A DNA stretch of 63,739 nt from Aplysia californica. Its lineage: Eukaryota. The notes below the pieces were generated by a model that searched no databases, was not told where the DNA came from, and worked only from the letters and a program-made list of their open reading frames with translations. Made by a program: the position numbers and the translations under genes. The stretch spans positions 880,264 through 944,002 of the forward strand of contig NW_004797403.1 in the NCBI RefSeq assembly GCF_000002075.1, written 5' to 3'. The number at the start of each line of letters is the position of its first letter. Position 1 is the stretch's first letter. Below are positions 13,436 through 24,961 of the stretch, one piece after another.

Positions 13436-13967
13436 CTTGTTTTTGTTTGTTTAGTATAGGGTTTTACGGCGCTCGCAACTGCATAAGGTCATATGAGCGC
13501 GCGGGACACACCTAATACTTTTTCGTTGGTAGGAAATTTTGAATTTTGCCCGGGTGGCGGCCGAAGCCTACTCTTATCGATTTTAGACCACCAAGGGATC
13601 TTTAACGTGTGCAACTTGCACACGGGCCCTCCGAGATTTTTCGCCCTTGTCCGAGAAGGCTAGGTGTAGATCTTTCCTACCAGAAGATCAGGGGTGTGGC
13701 AGAAAGACAGCAGTTAGGAGGAGCCAAGGAGTAGCAGTAGAAAGGCTGCAGAAAGAGTCAGGAGCCCACAGGAGGGGGCAAAGGAGGTGAGGGGGTGGGG
13801 GCAGAAAGTGGAAATGAAAGCAGACAATAGAACATTGTTAGAGATCAGGAAAGGATGTGAAAGGAGACAATTTTAGAGAAGAAAATTTTTTGGTCGCTAC
13901 CCGGAATCGAACCCGGGACCTTTGAATGAGAGGCCAACACCTTAACCTCTAGGCCACGAGAGCCCCC
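13436..13967 (-). mobile_element. tRNA-derived SINE family A (Meta-domain-like), copy 2
   Basis: Minus-strand head gggggctctcgTGGCCTAGAGG...GGTTCGATTCC (A and B boxes), gcacgttaaagatccc motif, stem-loop tail gcgctcatatgaccttatgcagttgcgagcgccgtaaaac, TSD tttttaact. Confidence 0.85.
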
Positions 13968-14517
13968 TTTTTAACTATTAATATACGGATGGCTAATCCT
14001 CCTTGGTACGAATCCGATCGTGTTGTTCATGTTTTCAACACAACAAACTTCCTTATAACCCCGCTCTTGTTTCACCTATTTATGTTTAGATAAACACCAA
14101 ATCGAGTAGAAATAGATTAAATTATCCACGCAGTTACGTAACATACGGTTTAATTAGATATAAGATTAATTTGCTGAGGTTTGGTAGATTTTTGTTACGA
14201 CTGTGAACAACCGAACGTTGTCATGAGCCAGGGGTCATACCCTATTTAAGACAAAAACACTGTCAGTGCATAATGATTATGACTTTGCCATGAAACAGCA
14301 AGATAAAAAAAAACCAAGAGCGTGAAGAAGGAGCAAACTACAAACCAAAGAGCAAGAACAAGAACACAGAGGGCAAGAAGTGAAATAAGAGCACGAGAGG
14401 GAACATTCGAAAAAAGATTTAAAATCATAAGAAAAACAATCAAGGCAAAAACAAAACCAAAAAAAAAAAAGAGGGAAAGGAGTTAAGAATAGAATCCCCA
14501 ACAGTTTATGATGACTA

Positions 14518-15166
14518 TAGTGCGGTCAAAAATTCGTGGTGCAACGTATCCTCAAATATTTCTTTAGCGGGAGAATCAATGTCACCCATACTTTTCACAT
14601 CAGTTTGTATCAATTTGTCTTAACTTAATCATATTTTTCCACAACAACTGAAGCTCGATTAACAAACTCTTTGCCTTAAATTTATATAAAATATTATAAA
14701 TCTTCATCACGCTGAAAATGGGATTGTTCACAGCACTTCCTGGTCCTCGCACACATTTTTGCATACGCGTATGGCTTACGTCACAGCTCGCACATGACAT
14801 TTTTAGTGGCAAAACGTCTTACAAGAAATTAATTTTATAGCGAACACATTTTTTTTGCATTAAAGGTTCCCTAAACATAAGTTCAATAAACATTATGTTA
14901 CGATTAGAAAAAAAATGACAGACATGCTTTTAAAACTGATATTGCTCGAGCTGTAAACTTTTTAAAATCTGCAGAAACCATCGACTGGGATGTTATATTA
15001 GAACTTATTAAGACATTTTCTAGCATAAAGTGTGCAAGGGTTTGAAAAAATATTCATTTGGTAAGACAAATTGATATAAGTCTTTGTGCAAAAGTTGGAA
15101 AATCTGTGTTGGATAGTTAAGCTGATATTTGACAATAAGTTGTGCCATGCATTTTTGACCGCACTA
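14518..15166. mobile_element. Non-autonomous Tc1/mariner-type element (TA TSD)
   Basis: TA|TAGTGCGGTCAAAAAT...ATTTTTGACCGCACTA|TA. Confidence 0.75.
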
Positions 15167-16431
15167 TAATTTTGCGAGGATATGGTGCTTTCAATAACTT
15201 TTACTGTCTGCTGACGTCCCAGAGAATGGTACTAAGGTCTTTCCATCTGCCTGTAAATTTCGATATCTACTGAGATTTATGAGGCGCTGGGGTCAGAGCT
15301 CAAAGTTTGAGCTTTTTTTGTGTCTACTGTGTAAGAATTAGAGTGATTTATCTTAGAGGCTTTGGTTGATGCTAAAACGTCTAGAAAAACCATTTTCAAT
15401 TAAAAACGTGGTAGAAAGTGTTTTTGGATATAGTTGTGTTCTTGTGTGAGCNNNNNNNNNNNNNNNNNNNNNNNNNNNNNNNNNNNNNNNNNNNNNNNNN
15501 NNNNNNNNNNNNNNNNNNNNNNNNNNNNNNNNNNNNNNNNNNNNNNNNNNNNNNNNNNNNNNNNNNNNNNNNNNNNNNNNNNNNNNNNNNNNNNNNNNNN
15601 NNNNNNNNNNNNNNNNNNNNNNNNNNNNNNNNNNNNNNNNNGGGTGTGTATGTGTCTNNNNNNNNNNNNNNNNNNNNNNNNNNNNNNNNNNNNNNNNNNN
15701 NNNNNNNNNNNNNNNNNNNNNNNNNNNNNNNNNNNNNNNNNNNNNNNNNNNNNNNNNNNNNNNNNNNNNNNNNNNNNNNNNNNNNNNTAAATGAGTGTGT
15801 GTATAAATGTGTGTGTTAATGTGTGCCGTCTTATATTGTTTGTGTGAGTTCTGTGAGAATGATGATTATTATGGTCCAAGCGTTTGTNNNNNNNNNNNNN
15901 NNNNNNNNNNNNNNNNNNNNNNNNNNNNNNNNNNNNNNNNNNNNNNNNNNNNNNNNNNNNNNNNNNNNNNNNNNNNNNNNNNNNNNNNNNNNNNNNNNNN
16001 NNNNNNNNNNNNNNNNNNNNNNNNNNNNNNNNNNNNNNNNNNNNNNNNNNNNNNNGTGAGTATTATGTGAATGAAGAGTAGCTTGCAAGACCGCGTTTGA
16101 NNNNNNNNNNNNNNNNNNNNNNNNNNNNNNNNNNNNNNNNNNNNNNNNNNNNNNNNNNNNNNNNNNNNNNNNNNNNNNNNNNNNNNNNNNNNNNNNNNNN
16201 NNNNNNNNNNNNNNNNNNNNNNNNNNNNNNNNNNNNNNNNNNNNNNNNNNNNNNNNNNNNNNNNNNNNNNNNNNNNNNNNNNNNNNNNNNNNNNNNNNNN
16301 NNNNNNNNNNNNNNNNNNNNNNNNNNNNNNNNNNNNNNNNNNNNNNNNNNNNNNNNNNNNNNNNNNNNNGAGGGGTATCAGCAGAGACGAGGAGAGAAGG
16401 GGGTATGTATGATGTGAACTCAGTTTAAACA

Positions 16432-18062
16432 TATTATTTATATAATAATAATAAATAGCATTTATACTGCGCATTTCCATTTTCTAAAAGATGCTCAATG
16501 CGCATTACAACGAAAAAGACATCACATCTTAAAAATTAATTGACATGCGTGTACGTAAAACAAAGCATTATACACGATATAATATAAACGTATAATATAA
16601 ATGTATATATGTGTACAATTTATATTATGAGAAAAACAGTCTCGCAGTGAGGTTGGAAATGTGTTCACTAAAAAAATATACAATGCAATAGAAATTCACG
16701 AACGGTCACAATAAAGTTCAAACGTGGGTAACTAGAAACATCCATTAAAACATTCATTCTATACANNNNNNNNNNNNNNNNNNNNNNNNNNNNNNNNNNN
16801 NNNNNNNNNNNNNNNNNNNNNNNNNNNNNNNNNNNNNNNNNNNNNNNNNNNNNNNNNNNNNNNNNNNNNNNNNNNNNNNNNNNNNNNNNNNNNNNNNNNN
16901 NNNNNNNNNNNNNNNNNNNNNNNNNNNNNNNNNNNNNNNNNNCAGGAATGTTTTAAAATAAATGGGTGCACTATCATTTATACATTTAATACAGAGAACA
17001 GCAGTTTTGTGTTTGATCCTTTCTTTTATTGACAGCCAGTGTAGTTCTTTCAGAATTGGTGTTACATGCGCTGAATTCCTTTCTTTCCTTATCAATTTTG
17101 CTGCTTGATTTTGGAGTACTTGTAACTTTGATAGGTTTTTCGGCTGTCAAACCGGACAGAATAGCATTACAGTAATCTAACTTTGATAAAATGAGTGTTG
17201 TTACACGTGTCTTGGCTGCTGCTTTAGTTTAATAATTTCTTACACTGCCAATTTTCTTAAGCTGAAAGTAAATATTTTTGCAGAGCTGGCTAATGTGGGA
17301 GGACATAGACATATCATAATCCAACTGAACCCCTAGATTTTTAAGACTTCTTTTTTTAACAAATGGTATGGTTATTAATATCAATTTGTAGTTCTGGGAG
17401 ATATCTAATGGCTTTTGTATTTCCACTCAACATTATTTCCGTCTTGTCATCATTTAGTTTCAATTTATTGCTAGTCATCCATATTTTTAAATCTCTACTA
17501 CATTGTTCAGTAGAGTCGACTAAGAGTGGTATTTGATCGAAATCAATAGACTTATAAATTTGAGTGTCATCAGCATAAAGATGGTAATTCATGCCATATT
17601 GTCTTAAAATATCAGCAATAGGTTGTGTATACATTGTAAACAAGACAGGTCCCAGAACAGGCCCATGAGGAACACGACATCTAAGCAAAACATTATCAGA
17701 ACACGTGCTTCCAACCACTACTGCTTGTGTTCGATCTTTAAAATATGACTCAAACCATCGCAGGACAGTACCCTTTATGCCAAAAGTAGTATTTAATATC
17801 TCGAGTAAAATGTCATGATCAATGGTATCGAATGCAGCCGAAAGGTCTAAGAGAGTAAGAAGACATACCTTTTTTTCATCAATATATTTTAAAATATCAG
17901 CACAGACCTTGAGTAACGCTGTCTCGGTACTATGGTGTGCCTTATATGCTCACTGATAGACTTCGCTAAGATTATTTGCTTTAATATGATGTGACAGTCT
18001 ATTAGACACAACTTTTTCCAGAATTTAGATAGGAAAGAAAGATTTGAAACTGGTCTAAAAAA
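16432..18062 (-). mobile_element. 5'-truncated L2/CR1-group LINE with decayed reverse transcriptase
   Basis: Minus-strand motifs FRPVSNLSFLSK, LLDLSAAFDTIDH, VPHGPVLGPVLFTMYTQP, YHLYADDTQIY, LKLNDDKTE, KNLGV and HVTPILKELHWL, with frameshifts. L2-like tail tgcgcattgag...gcgcagtataaatgc(tat)n. Confidence 0.92.
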
Positions 18063-20309
18063 TTGTCCTATATAAAACCTCACGCAAACCAGAAAGAATA
18101 AAAAGTTAAGAAAACAATAATAGCAATGGATGAACTGCACGAGCAGTTTTTTTCCCCTATATTATCTTATTCAAACGACTAAACGAGGCTAAACAAAAAA
18201 CAAACAAAAAAACGAATTAGCGATTAGGAAAAGATTGGCTGTTTCTGCGTTCATATCCCCCAGCTTCCCACACTATTCATAAAGTAGTGGTTGATGTGAA
18301 ATTATGATAAGCACGTTAGAATGGAAACCTGAGAAGTTTTATATTGACAAACAACAAATTTCCATCAAAATGCTAATATTTCCAACGCCAAAGTTTATTT
18401 TGGTGATGCTATATTAGGGAGGACAGAGGAAATGCATAAAGAAATGTTAAGTGGTGATTCACGGTGACACGAAGTAAACAGCACTGTTCCTGAACTGTGT
18501 GTGTGTGTGTGGGTTCTGTTGTTTCGTCGATGACATAAAATGTAATGCTTTTTTACTCAGCAAAATTGCCTGATCGTCTGAATAAAGGGAAAAACAGTTC
18601 ATTCATGTGACTGGAGTTTCAAGAACACGGTGCTATTAAACTAAAAAATGAGAGAAATTGGAGATGAGAGAAGGGAGGGAAAAAAAAAAAAAAAAGGAAG
18701 ATTACAAAGTAAAAATGGGAGGGAAACAATGAGTAAGGACCAAAAGGAGGAAGAGGTGAAGAAGAAAAAAGTGTGTGTGTTTGGGGGGGGGGGGGGTGGT
18801 AGAACAAGGAGGACGATTAAGTATAAAAAGTGATTTAAAAAATAAGAAGGATGTTTGTGATCTTGTCTAATTCGGATTGATAGAGACCATGTTTAGACTT
18901 GCCACAGGTTTTGAGTTAGGGTTGTTATTGTTTTGTTTTGTTTTTTGTGTTGTTTTTTTAGGGGGGTGTTTGGGAGTGACGACAAGAGACGTTCTAACGC
19001 CTGTTTTTATCTCCCTAGTCCACAATCCCGCATTAGTTGTTATGCAGATATCGGTTTACATATTTTCCTGACCAGGACGAAGTTATATCAGGATAACTGA
19101 TTGCGAAATTCCAAATTTCAATTACGATATGTTGGGAAGTGGTGCCAATGACAACTGAGACCTCAGCATGACAATGTGGTGATTATATGCCAGTGATGAA
19201 GCTACTTTTTCGTTCCATTTTATTTGTATGGATCTAATAGAAAAGCCATTTTAGAAGGATAATGTTATAATAGTTTTACAGTGTATTTGGGAGAGAGAAA
19301 AAATATCCGTTGTACTTTTTGGAGTGTTTTTAAAAAAATCTCATTAAGTTTTAGACTTGATATGAAATTATCAGCTGTTGTCAGCATCAGATGATTATTA
19401 AATTTTGTAATATTTTGAATGCGGTTGATTGAAGAGCAGTGCCGTACAAAACTAGAACGTACAAGTTAACCATAGGGCTTTTTGTATGTCAAGAATACTT
19501 TAGTACTTTTACTAGACTGTTTCTTTTCTAGGAGTACAGCGATCTTGCAGCAGATTTCTCTTATTAGTGTTCTACGCAGTGTCATCTTCACAAATGGGGC
19601 ATGTTTTTGTTACTGAAAGCATCTTGTACAGGGTGATTACTATAGCCAGACAAGCATCTCTTCCTCTGGTGTCGTCTATATTGCTCGCACGTCAATGGTC
19701 AACCGCTGACTCTGAAGACCGTTCGCTGAGCTGTAAATTGCGAATTGGTGCATTGCGAGTCTTTATAAGGGGTGAACACTTGCGCGATTGCTCCCAAATT
19801 TGTGCAGGATTTTCAGTTGCATTGAGCAGTGCTATCCAGGTTTTACTGAGTGCATGACGCGCACTTTGATTGCTTTCAACTATCTGAGCTTAAGTTTATC
19901 AGCTTCAAGTTGAATACGACTCCTGGGAAAATTGATTCAAAATCAGAAACTTTGAGGCATCATTTTATCATTATCCCTAATGACAATAATAAGATTGGGA
20001 GTCCTCTAACATTGTGAAAGGAAATTCCTTTCAACTAAAAATATTTCAGATAAATTCAACTATGTACTTTGGCCAAGACTTTTGTTTATTGGTGTGTGAG
20101 AATTGTGGGTGAAAAGTGGGATGGATTTAATCAAAACAATAATATATTAATTTACCGATTTCTGTTTGCTAAGCGTACTCAGACCATTTCAACGCCCAGA
20201 CCCAACCCGGCCATACAGATTCGACGAACAAAATAAGTGGACACCCCACTTTATGCATACGTTTCTCGCCGCCTGCTGCAGCTTGTTCACTTTCGTTTGT
20301 CCGCGGTTT

Positions 20310-20362
20310 TAGTTTTAGTAGAGGTTTTACGGCGCTCGCAACTGCATAAGGTCACATGAGCG
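20310..20362 (-). mobile_element. Tail-only retroposon insertion (53 bp)
   Basis: Only the family-A 3' stem-loop tail, flanked by the 9-bp TSD ccgcggttt (20301-20309 / 20363-20371). Confidence 0.75.
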
Positions 20363-20972
20363 CCGCGGTTTAAATTAGATTTTTTTAAAAACAAAATTAA
20401 ATCACTATGTTAAATCTTCTCAGGTCTGTGCGTGCAGGTTTAATAAATATGTGACCAACAGAATGTAATAACAGCCCAGTATTAAAGGCCACCGCAAATT
20501 AAGGTGCCTTCACGTTGTCTTTAATTTCAGCCTAAAACGAGTCAAAATTAGTAGAATATTTTTAACGCACCTTGATAAAACATGGTCCAACAGACGGGTG
20601 AGTACTTTAAGGGACTCACAACGAGACGGATAGGGCTCATTTTTCTTTTCCTCGAATTTATTATTATTTTTTATTTATCTATTTATTTATTTATTTGTTG
20701 TTGGTTGGTTTTTTGGGGGTTCTGCCATGCAAAGTTACGAGCGCACTGGCAAATTAATAAATCAGCTATGTAAATTTTTTGTGTATTTTAATTAATTTTT
20801 TTTCCGGCGGACAGAGGAAAGTGAACAGCTATAGACTGACAACATTTGATGTATTGTGACCTGTGTCTTGGTGCATTGTGAGATCAAAAAGTGCGCCATT
20901 GTAACTTTTCACACTTCCCGTTTTTCTCTTTTTTTTACAGGGTGTGCAAACAATACATTTTTAAGTAAAAGG

Positions 20973-21005
20973 CAAGGACTACTATACTCAGTATAGTAGT
21001 CCTTG
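20973..21005. mobile_element. 33-bp perfect palindrome between 8-bp direct repeats (probable DNA-transposon footprint, P-like)
   Basis: gtaaaagg|CAAGGACTACTATACT-C-AGTATAGTAGTCCTTG|gtaaaagg. Confidence 0.75.
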
Positions 21006-21560
21006 GTAAAAGGTTATCCCATGACGCCATCCCAATTAATATCAAGACTCTACTCTATCTCTTTTATCGTCGATATGATTATGAAGTCGTAAGATAAAAG
21101 GGTAGATCCTTCGACTTCGATAATATCACCCACATAGCGATGTGTATAATGTGTATATGTACTTCTATTTAGTTTACTGTTGCTATAGCTACTCTTGAAC
21201 ATAACACTGTTACGTTACATATTATTTGGTAAGGACTTTAAATAATGTTGTTCTTCCAACCATGAGCATTAATTAAGATACGGTATACCTACCTATTTAC
21301 ACATTGTTGTACTTGTTATTTATTCTCTTATGTGGGTTCTGTGTGTGTGTGTGTGTGTTTGCCTGGTTGTTTGTGTGCGTACGTGCGTGTGTGCGTGTGT
21401 GTGTTTGTGCGCGTGCACGTGCGCGTGCGAAAAAGGGGGGGGGGTATTTTATTATGTCTTTATTTGTCTGTTTTATTTTTTCATATACAGGATTTATTTA
21501 TTTGTTTGTTTATTGCAACTAGCAATTGATGTCAAAGTTATATTGGATTCCTCTTTGCAG

Positions 21561-21688
21561 ATGATTTTGAAGAGATCAAGCAAGACATCTCGAGCTTCCG
21601 ATACGATCTGATCAACCAACTGACCACAAAGGCCGCAGTGGAGGACGAGTTGAAGCTCAGTATGGGAGCCATCATGCAACAACTTCAG
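21561..21688 (+). CDS. TRPC: Penultimate exon of TRPC-family (short transient receptor potential) channel; C-terminal coiled coil
   Basis: ctctttgcag acceptor and CAG|gtgtgt donor, phase 1 to phase 0. Translates xDFEEIKQDISSFRYDLINQLTTKAAVEDELKLSMGAIMQQLQ, matching the TRPC motif EIKQDISS(L/F)RY(E/D)L. Confidence 0.9.
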
Positions 21689-21690
21689 GT

Positions 21691-21727
<37 letters not shown>

Positions 21728-22005
21728 NNNNNNNNNNNNNNNNNNNNNNNNNNNNNNNNNNNNNNNNNNNNNNNNNNNNNNNNNNNNNNNNNNNNNNNNN
21801 NNNNNNNNNNNNNNNNNNNNNNNNNNNNNNNNNNNNNNNNNNNNNNNNNNNNNNNNNNNNNNNNNNNNNNNNNNNNNNNNNNNNNNNNNNNNNNNNNNNN
21901 NNNNNNNNNNNNNNNNNNNNNNNNNNNNNNNNNNNNNNNNNNNNNNNNNNNNNNNNNNNNNNNNNNNNNNNNNNNNNNNNNNNNNNNNNNNNNNNNNNNN
22001 NNNNN

Positions 22006-22039
<34 letters not shown>

Positions 22040-22289
22040 CGATCAGTGGGTAGGGGTTTGGGGCAGGAGAGGGGAATGCCAGTGATTTATTTATATTTGT
22101 CTCTTGCACGGATACCCACATTATTTTAAGCAGAATGTTAACTGTGATATGAACAATTAAAGTCTGATATTAGAGACTACGCAACAATTTCAGTACGGTA
22201 CCATTAGCACTGATATGATATAAAGAAAAGTGTCTATTCCGAACAAATTGTATTTATATACACTCTGTGTTTGTATTCCAGTGTTGTTT

Positions 22290-22347
<58 letters not shown>

Positions 22348-22711
22348 TCTCTCTCAAGCCTTTGAATAACTCCACATACGTCTTCAGGTTGGTGGGCGCT
22401 CTGATGTGGTTTGCTCCTTCTTTTCTATCAACCTGATCTCTCCTCCTTTTTTGTGTGTTTCTTACTTTCTTGTAACACCTCTAATGTTAGGCACTTGTAT
22501 TAAGACCTTATTGTGTTGAAAGCGCTGTAAAACTCTTGCTATAACATAAGTCAGCAGTAACCTGTTGGGGACTGGAACCAGGGTTGTCAAGAAATATACC
22601 TACTGAGCTGTCTGTAGACTCTGGATATGGTGGGTGGCTAGCGGGTTCATTGGTGCAGTTTGTTCCTCCTTCTTTTATTTGTATGTTACACCTCTAATCC
22701 TTGGTACGTAT

Positions 22712-22949
22712 GGTCGCTTTTAAGCACAGGGACGGCTATCTCGAAAAAAAAACCCACGTTGTTTTGAGGAAATCGAAGGTAAAGTTTTTCTTTAAAAGAC
22801 AATGAAAGTTTTCTCTATAACCAAACAAATATACACACCAATGAAACCAAACTTCTCCTATAGGTAGGCCAGTGCCCACTTTTGATGTAGGTCAAGATTT
22901 CTGGAACCCCCCGAAATCTGGGTTAGCCCGCTTGTCTTTAAAAGCGACC
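22712..22949. mobile_element. MITE with GGTCGC(C/T)TTTAA TIRs, copy 2
   Basis: ggtcgcttttaa...ttaaaagcgacc, interior colinear with 6977-7221. Confidence 0.8.
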
Positions 22950-23093
22950 AATAATGACCCGATGGTGTTTTCAAGTGCCGTGAAACTCTTATTAAAATAA
23001 ATAAGTAAACAAAACAGACTTAAGGTGTATGGCGTTGAGTGTATGCAAATATTCACACTATAAAAATAACGGCCTTTGCATCTAAATCTTCAG

Positions 23094-23348
23094 ACCCTAA
23101 GAGAAGACGTCAACCCGAAAGCGGCGGCAGAGAACCAGGAAAAACGACAGGGCAAGATCTTCGAGAAGAAGTCGGAAAGCCAAAGCAAGTTCAAGGCCGA
23201 CCTTCCCGGGTCATCGGTTATCAAGGAAGAGCCGTGTGCCGAGTCCAGCCCTGCCGAGGACCAGGGCAATCCTGAGGACAATGAAGCTCCTGAAACCCCT
23301 GAGGAAGCTGAAGCCTCAGAGACCCCCACGGCTCCGGCGGAGTCATAA
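23094..23348 (+). CDS. TRPC: Terminal coding exon of the TRPC-family gene (acidic, disordered tail)
   Basis: atcttcag acceptor in phase 0, matching the previous exon. GC-rich codon usage, TLREDVNPKAAAENQEK...PETPEEAEASETPTAPAES-TAA. Confidence 0.8.
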   Translation, partial: TLREDVNPKAAAENQEKRQGKIFEKKSESQSKFKADLPGSSVIKEEPCAESSPAEDQGNPEDNEAPETPEEAEASETPTAPAES

Positions 23349-23528
23349 GTTCGAGGTCAAGGCCATGTGAAGCCTGGGGAAAAGAAGGCGTGATCTAGGG
23401 CATTGTCTGTGTGTGCAATCGAGTCGTCATCATTAATGTGCTTCTGAATTCGAAGACTACAGTTGAAAAATGTACTTGGTCACGCTGTGGGCGTGTTCTT
23501 AAGCAGGTTAGTCTGCGACAAGTGCTTT

Positions 23529-23743
23529 TTTTGGACTGCTCTACTGGCAGCTTCGAGTGTATGGAAAATTCTTTGATGAATGAGGATTACGTGAATGAGG
23601 AGGAGGAGGAGGAGGATGAGGATGTTTTGGACTGCTTGACATGCGGCTTTGGGTGTATAAAAAAATCTTTGATGGAGGAGGACAATGGTGGGGAGGAGGA
23701 AGAGGAGGAAGAGGAGGATGATGAAGAGGGAAGAGAAGAAGAA
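23529..23743. repeat. 96-bp diverged tandem duplication with (GAG)n tracts downstream of the TRPC stop
   Basis: ttttggactgc...tctttgatg...gaggaggag repeats starting at 23529 and 23625. Confidence 0.75.
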
Positions 23744-24883
23744 TGAGAATAGCAACAAACAAAATTATCAACAAAAATTCGAAACACGATCATCACAATC
23801 GTACAATCAGAACGTGCGTATAGAATAAGTACAGATCAAAATTTGCACATAAATAAAAGACTCACTACTTCTCCTGATAACATAACAAGTTGCCGAGAAA
23901 AATATATATTCTTTTGAGTATGAAGGTAGAGAATTCTAGATGTACTTAGTTTTAAATGGCACATTGCACTGTTATCGCACAAGGAGAAAACCATGACATA
24001 CACACTTTTTAGTATAGAACTTGCTCCATCTATTTTTCTGTTTACACCAGATAATGTTATTTGAGGTCATATTATTATACAATGTACGATTTTATAAATG
24101 TGTGAATGATTGAAAACTGCCTTTGATCGAACTCACGTGTTTTCTGTTAACATTTTTTATGTTTTGTTCTAATGCATCTTATTATTTTGTTTTCTAAAAC
24201 CTAACCCAAAATAAGTGTGTCAATCTCTGTAATTCGTATAAATGAACAAATTCAGTTAATATCAAATTATTAATGCACTATTTCAGCCCTTCACTCACAA
24301 ATTGGCTTCATAATTCAAGAAAATTGCATCAGTGGACATTAAGAGTGGGCATACAATTCTTGAGCAAATGTCAGAAAATTTGAAACATTTCGTTAAAAAG
24401 GAAGGGTTAGTCAACCCACATTTATTGTCATCACGAGCCTAACCATGTGTCTCTTATAGACTTCTCTAAATAGTTTTATCTTCATCCCACTTGAAACTTT
24501 TGAGTACTTATAATGGAGATGTGTAGCCCACTTTCTATCACGAAATACATCGATTTAACCCAAAGTTACTCGTGTTATCGTAGCTTTGATGTTTGTTCTA
24601 TGGTTATGAAGCCAGCATTTGTACAGCTGGCATGCCCCATTTGGGAAGCTCGTTATTCCAGTAAGCTATTGACATGCGCCTTGCATTGGTAATATAATAA
24701 CTTATCATAGTGATTCGTAAAAGAGGAATATACCATAGAATTACACTATATAGATAGCCTACATTTTCACAAGTGTGGGCGGGCAGCCATTACAACAACC
24801 CAAGAAGCATCTCTGGGTTAGATGTTTGTGTTCTGTATTCAAATTTCCAGACTATTGTGTTCAAGCTGGCGCTCCACTGGTTC

Positions 24884-24961
24884 GAGGCTGGATCTCTATT
24901 GGATGGAGGCTGGATCTCTATTGGATGGAGGCTGGATCTCTATTGGATGGAGGCTGGATCT
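24884..24961. repeat. 22-bp minisatellite x3.5
   Basis: Unit gaggctggatctctattggatg. Confidence 0.95.

Noticed and set aside
13895-13967. Possible tRNA gene (also about 11875-11945 and 47335-47400)
   Set aside because: A and B boxes are present, but I see no complete cloverleaf and each continues into a repeated SINE body; these are SINE heads.
19500-19900. Possible decayed coding sequence or the missing TRPC exon
   Set aside because: No recognisable TRPC or transposase motif in the frames I could read, and no matching splice pair.
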